This document shows positions 1 to 9,368 of a DNA stretch of 64,000 bases, one piece after another. The stretch's first letter is position 1, and each line of letters opens with the position of its first letter. Under the pieces are notes generated by a model. It was not told the origin of the DNA, searched no databases, and saw nothing but the letters and a program-made list of their open reading frames with translations. Both the position numbers and the translations under genes were made by a program. The DNA comes from Candidatus Poribacteria bacterium (lineage in GTDB: Bacteria > Poribacteria > WGA-4E > WGA-3G), in NCBI GenBank assembly GCA_965214095.1, contig OZ243938.1:1120001-1184000 (forward strand), given 5' to 3'.

Positions 1-2
1 TG

Positions 3-347
3 GAAATTTCAGTTCAATTTCAGGGGCGCGTGTTAGGTGGGATTGTGGCGTTACCACAGAACCTGTTTCTGGGTGTGCTGGATGACTTTGGCAAAAGTGT
101 CCAGAAGAGGGTTCAAATCAGGACAGATGGCAGCCGCCCCTTTATCTTGAAAAAGGTATCCGCTGATAACTTTTCGCTAACTGCATCCCTTGCAACGGAA
201 CCTCAAATAGCACATGAGGTGGAACTTTCAATTACACCGAAGACTGGCGGTAAATCATCTGGACTTGTTGAGGGAGAGATTAAGATATTTACAACCCATC
301 CGGATGTTCCGGAGATTACCATTCCCGTTAAGGCAGTAAACCCATGA
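3..347 (+). CDS. C-terminal part of an Ig-like (DUF1573-type) domain protein, truncated by the window edge
   Basis: Frame is open from base 3 (EISVQFQGRV...). The C-terminal GEIKIFTTHPDVPEITIPVKA pattern is typical of these Ig-like domains. Stop overlaps the next ATG (ATGA). Confidence 0.55.
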   Translation, partial: EISVQFQGRVLGGIVALPQNLFLGVLDDFGKSVQKRVQIRTDGSRPFILKKVSADNFSLTASLATEPQIAHEVELSITPKTGGKSSGLVEGEIKIFTTHPDVPEITIPVKAVNP

Positions 348-1141
348 AGAATATATCAGTGACATTATTTATGATGTTTAGCATTATCATGGCTTGTGAA
401 CTCCCTGGGCCACAGCAAGATGAATCGAACAAGGAGCAACAGATGACGCAACCTGAGATGATAAAGATTGAAGGCGGAACCGTCCACCCTTTCAGCACTG
501 GAGAATCAGTAACCGTTTCGGCCTTCTATATCGATAAGCATTTGATAACTTATGAACAATATAACAAGTTCATTGAGGATGGCGGGTATAAAAAGAAAAA
601 ATATTGGTCAGAGGAGGGACGAAAATTCCTTGAAAAATATGAGTTCTGGGTGCCATCTACGTACCATGAGAAATATCTAAATCGTAAAAAATTACCTGTG
701 ACTGGAGTGAGTTGGTATGAAGCAGAGGCTTACGCAAATTGGCGTGGGGCACGGTTACCAACTGCTGCGGAATGGACGCTCGCTTGCCAAGGTGATACAA
801 AACAACGTTACCCTTGGGGAGACGAATTCGATTTTGAAGCAGTTGAGTATCGCACACGTTTAGTACCTTATGCAGTAGGAACTCGAGAAAAAAACGTTAG
901 TCCTGTCGGTGTTTACGATCTTGTCGGAAATGTGTGGCAGTGGTGTGCGGATGCTTATGAGGGTAAGGATTTCCGATTGGAGGTAGAACCGACCGGCACC
1001 AAACCGGGACCGCTCAGAATCCTTCGTGGTGGTGCATGGATGTCCCTACGGAGACATTTTGAATCCGATTATCTATATTACGATAAACCTTTTCACCGCC
1101 TTGCAACTTATGGGTTTCGTTGTGCAAAGGACATGGAATAG
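344..1141 (+). CDS. FGE-sulfatase (SUMF1/EgtB/PvdO-family) domain lipoprotein
   Basis: Lipobox-like IMAC; motifs PVTGVSWYEAEAYA, RLPTAAEW, YPWG, GVYDLVGNVWQW, RGGAW, GFRC. Confidence 0.9.
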   Translation: MKNISVTLFMMFSIIMACELPGPQQDESNKEQQMTQPEMIKIEGGTVHPFSTGESVTVSAFYIDKHLITYEQYNKFIEDGGYKKKKYWSEEGRKFLEKYEFWVPSTYHEKYLNRKKLPVTGVSWYEAEAYANWRGARLPTAAEWTLACQGDTKQRYPWGDEFDFEAVEYRTRLVPYAVGTREKNVSPVGVYDLVGNVWQWCADAYEGKDFRLEVEPTGTKPGPLRILRGGAWMSLRRHFESDYLYYDKPFHRLATYGFRCAKDME

Positions 1142-1149
1142 GTCTTGAT

Positions 1150-1533
1150 ATGCGAACTACCCTCCTTCAGTGGTGCCGCACAGGTAGTTATCTTTCAGGC
1201 ACTGTCTTTTTTCTTTGGATTGGGGCTCGGGTACAGAAACATCTTGTTTTTCTTGAAGATAGTCTTGATAACAACGTGCTGTTGGTTCTACGGGAGTCAC
1301 CATATCTGTCCTTCACTTTCCCGCTCTGGAGTGTGAATGTGATTGCTGGTGTGCTTCTGTTTTGCACGCTGTTTCTGATAATGCCAGTTATCAGCGTGTT
1401 GTGGCAACGGTTGTTTCATTTCGCTATTTTTTGCATCTTACTATTTATCTGTGTGTTGCCCCTGCATTTACACTTTGATAATGCCCGATTTAACTACGAG
1501 AATCTTCTTTTTCTTTCATATACTCTAATATGA
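1150..1533 (+). CDS. Hypothetical membrane protein, possibly a truncated N-terminal fragment
   Basis: About three hydrophobic segments; ATG 8 nt after the upstream stop; ends where composition becomes more AT-rich. Confidence 0.4.
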   Translation: MRTTLLQWCRTGSYLSGTVFFLWIGARVQKHLVFLEDSLDNNVLLVLRESPYLSFTFPLWSVNVIAGVLLFCTLFLIMPVISVLWQRLFHFAIFCILLFICVLPLHLHFDNARFNYENLLFLSYTLI

Positions 1534-1589
1534 ATTTCGGAATTGTCAAAAACAGGCAAAAATGACAATATCTTACTACTGGTTATCAA

Positions 1590-2723
1590 ATGTTGATGAA
1601 TAAATATACGGCTGGAAATTACAGAAAACAACAAGAATATAAGAGTTTCACACCCTCATTTATTAATCGTCAAGTTGCATGGGTAAATCCAGAGATAGAT
1701 GTATTAATAGAACACGGGGCAAAACTATTAGGTGAGTTAAACGCCTATACAACAATTCGTCAAGATGTAGATTTGTTCATTCCAATGAACATTGCAAAAG
1801 AAGCAACTTACTCCAATCAAATTGAGGGAACTAAAACTGAACTTGATGAAACTTTATTACAAGTTGCGGAGATTAATCCTGAACGACGTGACGATTGGCA
1901 AGAAGTCCAAAATTACATTGATGCAATGAACTATGCAATTTCCAAATTACCCAAATTACCATTGTCAATACGACTTTTAAAGAAAGTACATAAGATATTG
2001 ATGTCAGGTGTGCGTGGTAAATATAAAGCACCAGGAGAAATTCGGAGAAGTCAAAATTGGATCGGTGGATCTTCGCTCTCTGATGCAATTTTTGTTCCAC
2101 CTTCACCTGAAGAAGTTCCAGACCTTTTAAGCGATTTGGAGAAATTCTGGCATAACAGATCATTGCAACTGCCTGATCTCATTAAAATAGCAATTAGTCA
2201 TTATCAATTTGAAACTATTCACCCTTTTTTGGATGGAAATGGTAGATGTGGAAGGTTATTGATTGTGTTGCAGCTTATTGATGCAAACATCTTGAGTAAA
2301 CCTAACATTTATATGTCAACATTTTTTGAGAAACATAGAAGTACATATTATAATTCTCTAACTAAAGTTCGGACAGACTGTGACTTGGAACAGTGGATTA
2401 TCTTTTTCTTAAATGTATTGGTAGAGAGTGCACAAGATGGGATAGAGACCTACAAATCTATTATCATCCTCCGTGAGGAATATGAGAAAAAGATTTTAAC
2501 TCTTGGTGCTCGTGCGAAAAATGCACAAAAATTACTTCAACAGATGTATATGACTCCAATACTAAGTGTGAGGTCAGTCGAAAAAGTCTTAGAAATAAGT
2601 TTTTCAAGTGCGAATCGACTGCTTAAATCTCTGGCAGAAATGGGGATACTCACTCAAATCAGAGGACATTCTCAAGGTCGTCTGTTTGTTCTTGAAAAGT
2701 ATCTTGACCTGTTTAGAAGTTAG
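1590..2723 (+). CDS. Fic family protein (class II-like, with C-terminal HTH)
   Basis: Canonical HPFLDGNGRCGR motif; N-terminal inhibitory motif SNQIEG; HTH-like tail (ISFSSANRLLKSL). Confidence 0.92.
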   Translation: MLMNKYTAGNYRKQQEYKSFTPSFINRQVAWVNPEIDVLIEHGAKLLGELNAYTTIRQDVDLFIPMNIAKEATYSNQIEGTKTELDETLLQVAEINPERRDDWQEVQNYIDAMNYAISKLPKLPLSIRLLKKVHKILMSGVRGKYKAPGEIRRSQNWIGGSSLSDAIFVPPSPEEVPDLLSDLEKFWHNRSLQLPDLIKIAISHYQFETIHPFLDGNGRCGRLLIVLQLIDANILSKPNIYMSTFFEKHRSTYYNSLTKVRTDCDLEQWIIFFLNVLVESAQDGIETYKSIIILREEYEKKILTLGARAKNAQKLLQQMYMTPILSVRSVEKVLEISFSSANRLLKSLAEMGILTQIRGHSQGRLFVLEKYLDLFRS

Positions 2724-2828
2724 CGAATTGCATCAATTTAATGTGAATTATCGTTGCAGGAAAATGTGATCGTGTTACTTTTCATGAAGAGACTACAGTG
2801 TCATTATCTCTTGCTCTGGATGTTCCCA

Positions 2829-3031
2829 GGGGTACTTAGTTTTAGGTGTTTTCCAGTAGATTAGTTTTACTAAGAGTTAGGTTTGGATAGTAGTTATGCA
2901 TAGTAGTAGGCACACTCCGTGTGCCGTACCCTGTTCACATTGGACGGCACACGGAGTGTGCCTACTACTATGCATTGCTTTACACTGATATGTGAAAAAA
3001 TGTGTCAGAATTACCTAAAACTAATTAGCCC
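2829..3031. mobile_element. Miniature element: outer TIR shell enclosing a GTAG REP pair (REPIN-like)
   Basis: Outer IR TTAGTTTTAGGT (2836-2847) / ACCTAAAACTAA (3013-3024). Inner perfect 32-bp IR at 2896-2927 / 2944-2975 containing GTAGGCACACTCCGTGTGCC. Confidence 0.85.
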
Positions 3032-3050
3032 TGTGATGTCCCTCTTTTCC

Positions 3051-3079
3051 TTGCCATATCACACCAACCATGCTAAAAT
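3051..3079 (+). promoter_or_regulatory. Sigma70-type promoter
   Basis: TTGCCA-17 bp-TAAAAT with extended TG; ATG 9 nt downstream, no SD. Confidence 0.6.
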
Positions 3080-3088
3080 ACACATAGC

Positions 3089-4471
3089 ATGAATGACCAG
3101 AAATCACCCCAACATCATAGAGAGCTCTGTTCGCTATTAGGAACACGTTTTAGTACAGATAGTGATGTCAGGGAAGCGCACGCAAGTGATGCGTCATATC
3201 ATCACGGTTCGCTTCCCGAGGCAGTTACCTTTCCACAAACGAATACGGAAGTCTCCGAAATAGTCAAAATCTGTAGTAAATACAACATGCCGATTATACC
3301 TTATGGAACTGGGACAGGTGTGGAAGGGGCAGTGGTTACAAATGATGACACAGTATGCATATCACTAAAAGAAATGAACCGTATTATTAGAGTGAATAAA
3401 GCGGATAGAGATGCAACTGTACAATCAGGTGTAACTCGTGGTCAATTGAACGACCATCTTACTAATCTTGGAACAAAACTCCATTTTCCAGTTGACCCGG
3501 GTGCAGATGCATCAATAGGTGGCATGGTTGCGACACGTGCATCTGGTACAAGTGCTGTCCAATATGGAACTATGTTGGAAAACACGCTTGGATTGACCGT
3601 GATTACCGCGGATGGAACAGTCATTCATACAGGTGGGAGAGCCCGTAAATCCGCTGCAGGATACGATCTTACCCGTTTATTCATCGGTTCTGAAGGGACA
3701 TTAGGTATTATTACGGAGATAACTGTCAAATTAGCACTGTTACCGGAAGCAGTTGCAGCCGCTGTTTGTGCATTTCCAACTGTAGATGCCGCGGTCAACA
3801 CCGTCTTCAAAGTAATGGATGCGGGTATTAGTATCGCTCGTATTGAACTCTTGGATGAACTTCAGATGGATGCAGTCAATAAGTATTCAAATTTGGATTA
3901 TGAGGTTGCACCAACACTGTTCTTTGAATTTCACGGATCTGAGAATACCGTAGCAGAAAGTTCCAAGATAGCAGGAGAGATTGCTTTAAAACATGGTAGT
4001 TCTGATTTTCGTTGGGCAACAGATGAAAATGAAAGGAAAAAACTTTGGAAAGCACGTTATAATTGTTACTATGCCGCACTCAATCTGCGTCCTGGTTCTG
4101 TTGGATATGTCACTGATGTATGTGTGCCAATCTCTCATCTCACTGAGTGTATTGTCAGAACAAAAACACTCCTTTCCAACACATATCTGCTGGCGATAAT
4201 GCTGGGTCACGTTGGTGATGGGAACTTTCATGTCGTTTTTCCACTTGAACCTGGTAACAAAGAAGAATTGGAAGATGCACGGAAAATAAGCGAACAGATT
4301 GTAGACATAGCATTAGAGATGGAGGGAACAAGCACCGGTGAACACGGTATCGGTATTGGCAAACGTGGAGCTTTAGTCAAGGAACATGGTGATGCAGTTG
4401 AGGTAATGCGTGCTATCAAACATGCCTTGGATCCACAAAATATAATGAATCCCGGAAAAGTGTTCGTCTGA
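3089..4471 (+). CDS. FAD-linked oxidase, D-lactate dehydrogenase (cytochrome)/GlcD family
   Basis: PYGTGTGVEG, FPVDPGADASIGG, GSEGTLG, GHVGDGNFH, GEHGIGIGK, DPQNIMNPGK. Confidence 0.9.
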   Translation: MNDQKSPQHHRELCSLLGTRFSTDSDVREAHASDASYHHGSLPEAVTFPQTNTEVSEIVKICSKYNMPIIPYGTGTGVEGAVVTNDDTVCISLKEMNRIIRVNKADRDATVQSGVTRGQLNDHLTNLGTKLHFPVDPGADASIGGMVATRASGTSAVQYGTMLENTLGLTVITADGTVIHTGGRARKSAAGYDLTRLFIGSEGTLGIITEITVKLALLPEAVAAAVCAFPTVDAAVNTVFKVMDAGISIARIELLDELQMDAVNKYSNLDYEVAPTLFFEFHGSENTVAESSKIAGEIALKHGSSDFRWATDENERKKLWKARYNCYYAALNLRPGSVGYVTDVCVPISHLTECIVRTKTLLSNTYLLAIMLGHVGDGNFHVVFPLEPGNKEELEDARKISEQIVDIALEMEGTSTGEHGIGIGKRGALVKEHGDAVEVMRAIKHALDPQNIMNPGKVFV

Positions 4472-4517
4472 TGTAGGATAGATAATGATTTCTAATCGTT
4501 GTTTCATATAATAGAAT

Positions 4518-5528
4518 ATGCAAAGAAATTTTAAGGTGCTCATTACAGATTACGCGTGGTCGTCCATTAAACCTGAGCGACAAATCCTTGCTGAAATCGG
4601 AACAGAACTCATCGTAGCGGAAACTGGCGATGAAGAAGAACTCCTCACTTATGCACATAAGGTTGATGGTATTCTCACATGTTGGAAACCTGTTAGGGAA
4701 CGCGTCATTGCTGAGGCAAGAAAGTGCAAAATCATAGCACGATACGGAATCGGGTTGGATAATATTGATGTTGAATCGGCTACAGAGAACGGTATTATCG
4801 TAACGAATGTACCCGCTTATTGTGTTGATGAAGTCTCTGACCATGCAATTGCCCTACTTCTTGCTTGTGCCAGAAACATACCAATATACAATACTGCTGT
4901 AAAAAATGGCATTTGGGATCAAAATATAGGTCATCAGATGTATCGTTTGCGCGGAAAAACAGTAGGTGTCATAGGATTTGGACGTATAACAAAAGCGTTA
5001 ATACCGAAAGCACTTGCATTAGGACTGAAGGTTAATGTCTATTCTCCGCGGACATCTGCCGAAATTATCAAAGAATACAAAGCAGATAAAGTTACGTTTG
5101 ATGAACTTCTCAAAACATCTGATTTTGTCTCAATACATGCTCCGTTAACTGCAGAAACACAACACATGTTTAGTTACGACGAGTTTCGTGCTATGAAAAA
5201 CACAGCGTTTCTAATCAATGCAGCACGAGGTGGCATTGTCCATTCATCCGCACTCACCGAAGCACTCAAAAATGGTGAAATTGCTGGTGCGGGGTTGGAT
5301 GTTTTGGAAACAGAACCACCAGATTTAGGTGAATCGCTTCTGCAACTTGATAATGTCATAATCACACCGCATGCTGCTTTCATATCAGAAGAATCAATTC
5401 ATGAATTAGAAATTACAGCTGCAACATGTGTGCTACAAGTGTTAACTGGAAAACTACCAGATACAATTGTAAACCCTTCTGTATTAGAACGTCCAAATCT
5501 ACGTGCGAAATCATTAATGAAGAAGTAA
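4518..5528 (+). CDS. D-isomer 2-hydroxyacid dehydrogenase (CtBP/SerA-like)
   Basis: RYGIGLDNID, GVIGFGRI, INAARG, LDVLETEP, TPHAAF. Confidence 0.9.
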   Translation: MQRNFKVLITDYAWSSIKPERQILAEIGTELIVAETGDEEELLTYAHKVDGILTCWKPVRERVIAEARKCKIIARYGIGLDNIDVESATENGIIVTNVPAYCVDEVSDHAIALLLACARNIPIYNTAVKNGIWDQNIGHQMYRLRGKTVGVIGFGRITKALIPKALALGLKVNVYSPRTSAEIIKEYKADKVTFDELLKTSDFVSIHAPLTAETQHMFSYDEFRAMKNTAFLINAARGGIVHSSALTEALKNGEIAGAGLDVLETEPPDLGESLLQLDNVIITPHAAFISEESIHELEITAATCVLQVLTGKLPDTIVNPSVLERPNLRAKSLMKK

Positions 5529-5575
5529 CATTTTCACAGACATAAGATTACCAAGATAGTGAATGGAGAATATAC

Positions 5576-6769
5576 ATGCAACAACTTCCTGATGCATCAG
5601 GACATTTCGGACAGTTCGGTGGAAGATATGTCCCTGAAACCCTTATGCCAGCATTGTTAGAACTTGAAGAGGCTTATATAACTCTCAAAGATAACGCAGA
5701 TTTTCAAAAAGAATTTCAGTATTATCTGAGCGAATATGTAGGTCGTCCGAATCCGCTATATTATGCAGAACGCTTAACACAATCACTCGGTGGGGCAAAG
5801 ATTTATCTGAAAAGGGAAGACCTGAATCATACAGGTGCACACAAAATCAATAGTGCAATCGGACAAATCTTGCTGGCAAGATGGATGGGGAAAAAACGGA
5901 TTATTGCAGAAACAGGTGCCGGACAGCACGGTGTCGCTACTGCAACTGTTGCTGCAAAGTTTGATATGGAATGTGAAGTCTATATGGGTGAAGAAGACAT
6001 AGAACGTCAAGCACTCAATGTATTTCGCATGCAGTTGATGGGAACGAAGGTTGTTCCTGTGAATTCTGGTTCACGCACATTAAAAGATGCGATCAATGCA
6101 TGTTTCAGAGATTGGGTTACCAATGTTCGTACTACATACATGCTATTAGGTTCAGTTGTTGGAGCACATCCTTATCCGATGATTGTCAGAGACTTTCAAG
6201 CAGTTATTGGACAGGAAGCGAGAAGTCAGATTTTGGAACAGGAAGAGCAATTACCAGACTGTGTTGTCGCCTGTGTTGGTGGCGGCAGCAATTCTCTCGG
6301 AATGTTCTATCCATTCTACCATGATGAATCGGTTCGTTTAATCGGTGTTGAAGCAGCTGGTGAAAGTATTCGTAGCGGACGACATGCTGCACCTCTAACT
6401 TCAGGCAGTGTCGGTGTATTTCACGGAGCCAAATGTTACTTGTTGCAGGAAGATGATGGACAGATAACCCCTGCACACTCAATCTCTGCCGGGTTAGATT
6501 ATCCGGGTGTAGGACCAGAACACAGTTATTATCGTGAAATAGGTAGAGCGGAATATGTTCCAATTACGGATAAGGAAGCAGTGGAAGGTTTCCAATTGCT
6601 TTCTGAAACCGAAGGTATTATCCCCGCGTTAGAATCGGCACATGCCATCGCATATCTCCGAGAACTTGCACCTCAACTTGGAAAAGAAAAGACTATTGTG
6701 GTGTGTCTATCTGGACGTGGTGATAAAGATGTGTATACTATTGCGAAGGAATTGGGTATTACACTATAG
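5576..6769 (+). CDS. trpB: Tryptophan synthase beta chain
   Basis: [14 protein letters not shown] (PLP lysine), [32 protein letters not shown]. Confidence 0.97.
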   Translation: MQQLPDASGHFGQFGGRYVPETLMPALLELEEAYITLKDNADFQKEFQYYLSEYVGRPNPLYYAERLTQSLGGAKIYLKREDLNHTGAHKINSAIGQILLARWMGKKRIIAETGAGQHGVATATVAAKFDMECEVYMGEEDIERQALNVFRMQLMGTKVVPVNSGSRTLKDAINACFRDWVTNVRTTYMLLGSVVGAHPYPMIVRDFQAVIGQEARSQILEQEEQLPDCVVACVGGGSNSLGMFYPFYHDESVRLIGVEAAGESIRSGRHAAPLTSGSVGVFHGAKCYLLQEDDGQITPAHSISAGLDYPGVGPEHSYYREIGRAEYVPITDKEAVEGFQLLSETEGIIPALESAHAIAYLRELAPQLGKEKTIVVCLSGRGDKDVYTIAKELGITL

Positions 6770-6861
6770 CAATTATCAATACATACTGAATTTACGTTCA
6801 TTTGATCTTGCAATCAATTTAGGTTAGTCCGATTCTACTTCGTTTGCTATAGACTTGACAC

Positions 6862-6890
6862 TTGCAACGGTTCAATGCTACTGCTATAAT
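6862..6890 (+). promoter_or_regulatory. Sigma70-type promoter
   Basis: TTGCAA-17 bp-TATAAT with extended TG, upstream of a GAGG SD and ATG 6920. Confidence 0.65.
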
Positions 6891-6919
6891 ACCAACAATT
6901 CACCTGCTATAGAGGTAAT

Positions 6920-7558
6920 ATGATGGTACGTGAAGTTTCAAACACAGTTTCGGATAATTCTATTCAACATAAGGTCCGCAGAATGGTCCACTTGTTAGTA
7001 CACAAAGACGGACCACTCCGAAATTGGCGTTTCTTTCCAACAAAGTTGTTACTTCGAAAACTGGGGTCAGACTCCGCTGAGATTCGTGCCTATGCTGCGG
7101 AAGGTTTGGGAAATGTTGGGGATGTGTTTGCTGTTGTTCCGCTTATAGAAGCATTGTCTGATGACAATGCAACCGTCAGGCGTTTTGCAATATCTGCCCT
7201 CGGACATCTACGCGATGCGCGTGCTATTGAAGAGCTTATCACTTTCCTAAATGATGAAGAACCTGATATGAGATGTGCTGCAGTCGTTGCACTCGGTGAA
7301 TTAGGTCTCACCGAAGAACGTGCTGCGAACCCTCCAATACAGGTAATAGAAGCATTGATAAGCAGTGTCACTGATTCTGATCGAGCGGTATGTTCCGCTG
7401 CTGTGGTTGCTTTAGGACGTATAGGGAATCCACAAGCGATTTCTGCCCTCAATACTTTGGCTGAAAATACAGAAAGCGAATGGATTCGTCGTTATATCAG
7501 TGAAGCATTACATCAAATAAATGATGCCAGTATTGGAACTCCTTCTGAGGATAAATGA
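6920..7558 (+). CDS. HEAT/PBS-lyase repeat protein
   Basis: Repeats of VR..AA.ALG.LG...A...LI..L.D. Confidence 0.88.
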   Translation: MMVREVSNTVSDNSIQHKVRRMVHLLVHKDGPLRNWRFFPTKLLLRKLGSDSAEIRAYAAEGLGNVGDVFAVVPLIEALSDDNATVRRFAISALGHLRDARAIEELITFLNDEEPDMRCAAVVALGELGLTEERAANPPIQVIEALISSVTDSDRAVCSAAVVALGRIGNPQAISALNTLAENTESEWIRRYISEALHQINDASIGTPSEDK

Positions 7559-7559
7559 A

Positions 7560-7588
7560 AAATAGGGTGACAGTTTGCCACCCTATTT
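7560..7588. terminator. Probable bidirectional intrinsic terminator
   Basis: AAATAGGGTGACA-GTT-TGCCACCCTATTT hairpin between convergent genes. Confidence 0.7.
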
Positions 7589-7611
7589 CTATTTCAACAT
7601 AACCTGTAGAA

Positions 7612-8625
7612 TTAATTCGCTAATTCAAATACAATAGGCAGTTCAAGTCTTATACTGCTTCCAGACTGTCCATCGGGAAACGGCGGGTAGGGTTCGGCAT
7701 TTTGGACAGCAGCAAGTGCTGCATTGTCTAATACGCGTGAACCAGACGAAGTTGACACCGTTGGGTTCATTATTGTGCCATTTCTAAGAAGTGTAAAGCG
7801 AATTGTCGTAGATGAACCTTCATCTAAATTCCGGACACTTGGCGGGAAACGTTGAAAATCTTTAATCCGGTCACGCACCTTTCTTAAGAATTCTGAGAAG
7901 GATTGTTTCGTTTCTCCGAAGTCTGTGGCACTTAGTCCGAGGTCTTCTGTCCCTCCAAAATCTACGGAAGCCAAACTTGTACCCATATCCATTGTCATAG
8001 ATAACCCAGTTGACTCAAACTTAGGCATTTCAAATTTGGGTACTGTGGAAACTATTTTGACTTGCCTTGATTTTTCTGACATTAATGTTGCAGCATTTAA
8101 GCTGGTTAGTTGAATAGTGTCATCAGTGGGTAAATCCGAAAAAGGCATCGTAAAATCAGCAGGACCTAAATTGATATTCGCGTTTGCGGTGACAGCATTC
8201 CCCTTTGGCATGAGCAGTTTAACTGCTTTAGGTTTTGTTGTTTTTTGTGTCATACGTACAGCACTTACACGTTTTTTCTGTGGTGTTTGTTGATCAACCA
8301 CGACACTCTGTAGTTTATCTTCACTCATCTGCAAGACTGTCTTTTTTACAAACCAAACGGCAAGTACTACAAGTGCGGCAGCGTGTAGACCGATTGCAAG
8401 ACTGAATGCGAATTTCCGTGCTTTTGCTTTCCACCTTTTTGAAGCCTGTCGATTCTCGCGTTGCGCATCAGCAACTGTGATGTTGACTTCAGAAACTCTT
8501 TCAGATGACATCTTTTTCGCAACATTTGGTGCCTGTTTACCTGCGTCTGCAGCCATTTCTTTCTTCTTTCTAAGACGTTTTCTCTTATGTTTACCAGATG
8601 TATAATTCGAGAGTGCGTAACTCAT
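7612..8625 (-). CDS. tonB: Energy transducer TonB family protein
   Basis: TM helix with S-x3-H (SLAIGLH); TonB C-terminal domain (RFTLLRNGTI...SSGSRVLDNAALAAVQNAEPYPPFP). Confidence 0.8.
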   Translation of the reverse strand: MSYALSNYTSGKHKRKRLRKKKEMAADAGKQAPNVAKKMSSERVSEVNITVADAQRENRQASKRWKAKARKFAFSLAIGLHAAALVVLAVWFVKKTVLQMSEDKLQSVVVDQQTPQKKRVSAVRMTQKTTKPKAVKLLMPKGNAVTANANINLGPADFTMPFSDLPTDDTIQLTSLNAATLMSEKSRQVKIVSTVPKFEMPKFESTGLSMTMDMGTSLASVDFGGTEDLGLSATDFGETKQSFSEFLRKVRDRIKDFQRFPPSVRNLDEGSSTTIRFTLLRNGTIMNPTVSTSSGSRVLDNAALAAVQNAEPYPPFPDGQSGSSIRLELPIVFELAN

Positions 8626-8729
8626 TCAATATAGTCCTCCAAGATATGGTATTTGTATAAAAATATGTCTAAATCTATATAATAATTCGGTATATGATAA
8701 CCCAAGTTGCTATCTAATAGAACCTGATC

Positions 8730-8818
8730 AACTTCGTTCTCCTGAAGACATCCACTCTTCCGCTCCAGCGGATCGGTATGTGAAAGAGCCCTGAACAAGA
8801 TAACTGAAAACCGAAGTT
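8730..8818. repeat. Structured palindromic element upstream of tonB
   Basis: Closing IR AACTTCG/CGAAGTT; inner CCGCT-CC-AGCGG hairpin; CTCTT/AAGAG pairing. Confidence 0.45.
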
Positions 8819-9368
8819 AACCGTCATCATAACTAAGCAATTTATAACGGTTATTCATCACAACAACAGAACCCAATATATCCAATTTCAGTTTTTTTCC
8901 TGAGATGTCCTTTAACGTCAAAACGGTTCCCCGTAGTAGATGGAAACCTCCATAAGATTCTTTCGGTCTTTTAAAACTTATACTTATAAAACTTAAGTTG
9001 AGATCACCGTAAGCCTGAATCCACCTTTTCATTCCGATGTTACATTTTTTATTGAGATTGTTCCATGCGAAATCAGATGGAAAGTTATTTTTTGGAAAAC
9101 CTGGATAAATCCAGGATACATACTCATCTCGTTGAACTCTCAACCTGTTTAATTGCTCAATGTCTTTGCAATTAAGAGCGTCAACGACTGCCAGACCTAT
9201 CTGGTCTGGCGAGTCGAGACTATTCTCCCATGTTCGCCGCTCACACCCAATCAAACATAAGCTAAACAGAAGTACTGCAGTCGCAAAGTAAGATAGGTGG
9301 CAGCGAACTGAGAAGACGTTATACTTTTTAGTTTCTTGCACTCGTAGTCCAACCCTTTGTCCAATCAC
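8817..9368 (-). CDS. Hypothetical lipoprotein (true start probably downstream of 9368)
   Basis: Hydrophobic stretch ending in LIGC; co-oriented within the TBDR cluster; annotated start overlaps the upstream gene. Confidence 0.65.
   Translation of the reverse strand: MIGQRVGLRVQETKKYNVFSVRCHLSYFATAVLLFSLCLIGCERRTWENSLDSPDQIGLAVVDALNCKDIEQLNRLRVQRDEYVSWIYPGFPKNNFPSDFAWNNLNKKCNIGMKRWIQAYGDLNLSFISISFKRPKESYGGFHLLRGTVLTLKDISGKKLKLDILGSVVVMNNRYKLLSYDDG

Noticed and set aside
5576-6769. trpB without trpA as a stand-alone TrpB2
   Set aside because: Length and motifs are TrpB1-type; trpA is probably elsewhere in the genome.
8730-8818. Known riboswitch (cobalamin, TPP, FMN) or SRP RNA
   Set aside because: None of the consensus motifs is recognisable; kept only as an unassigned structured element.
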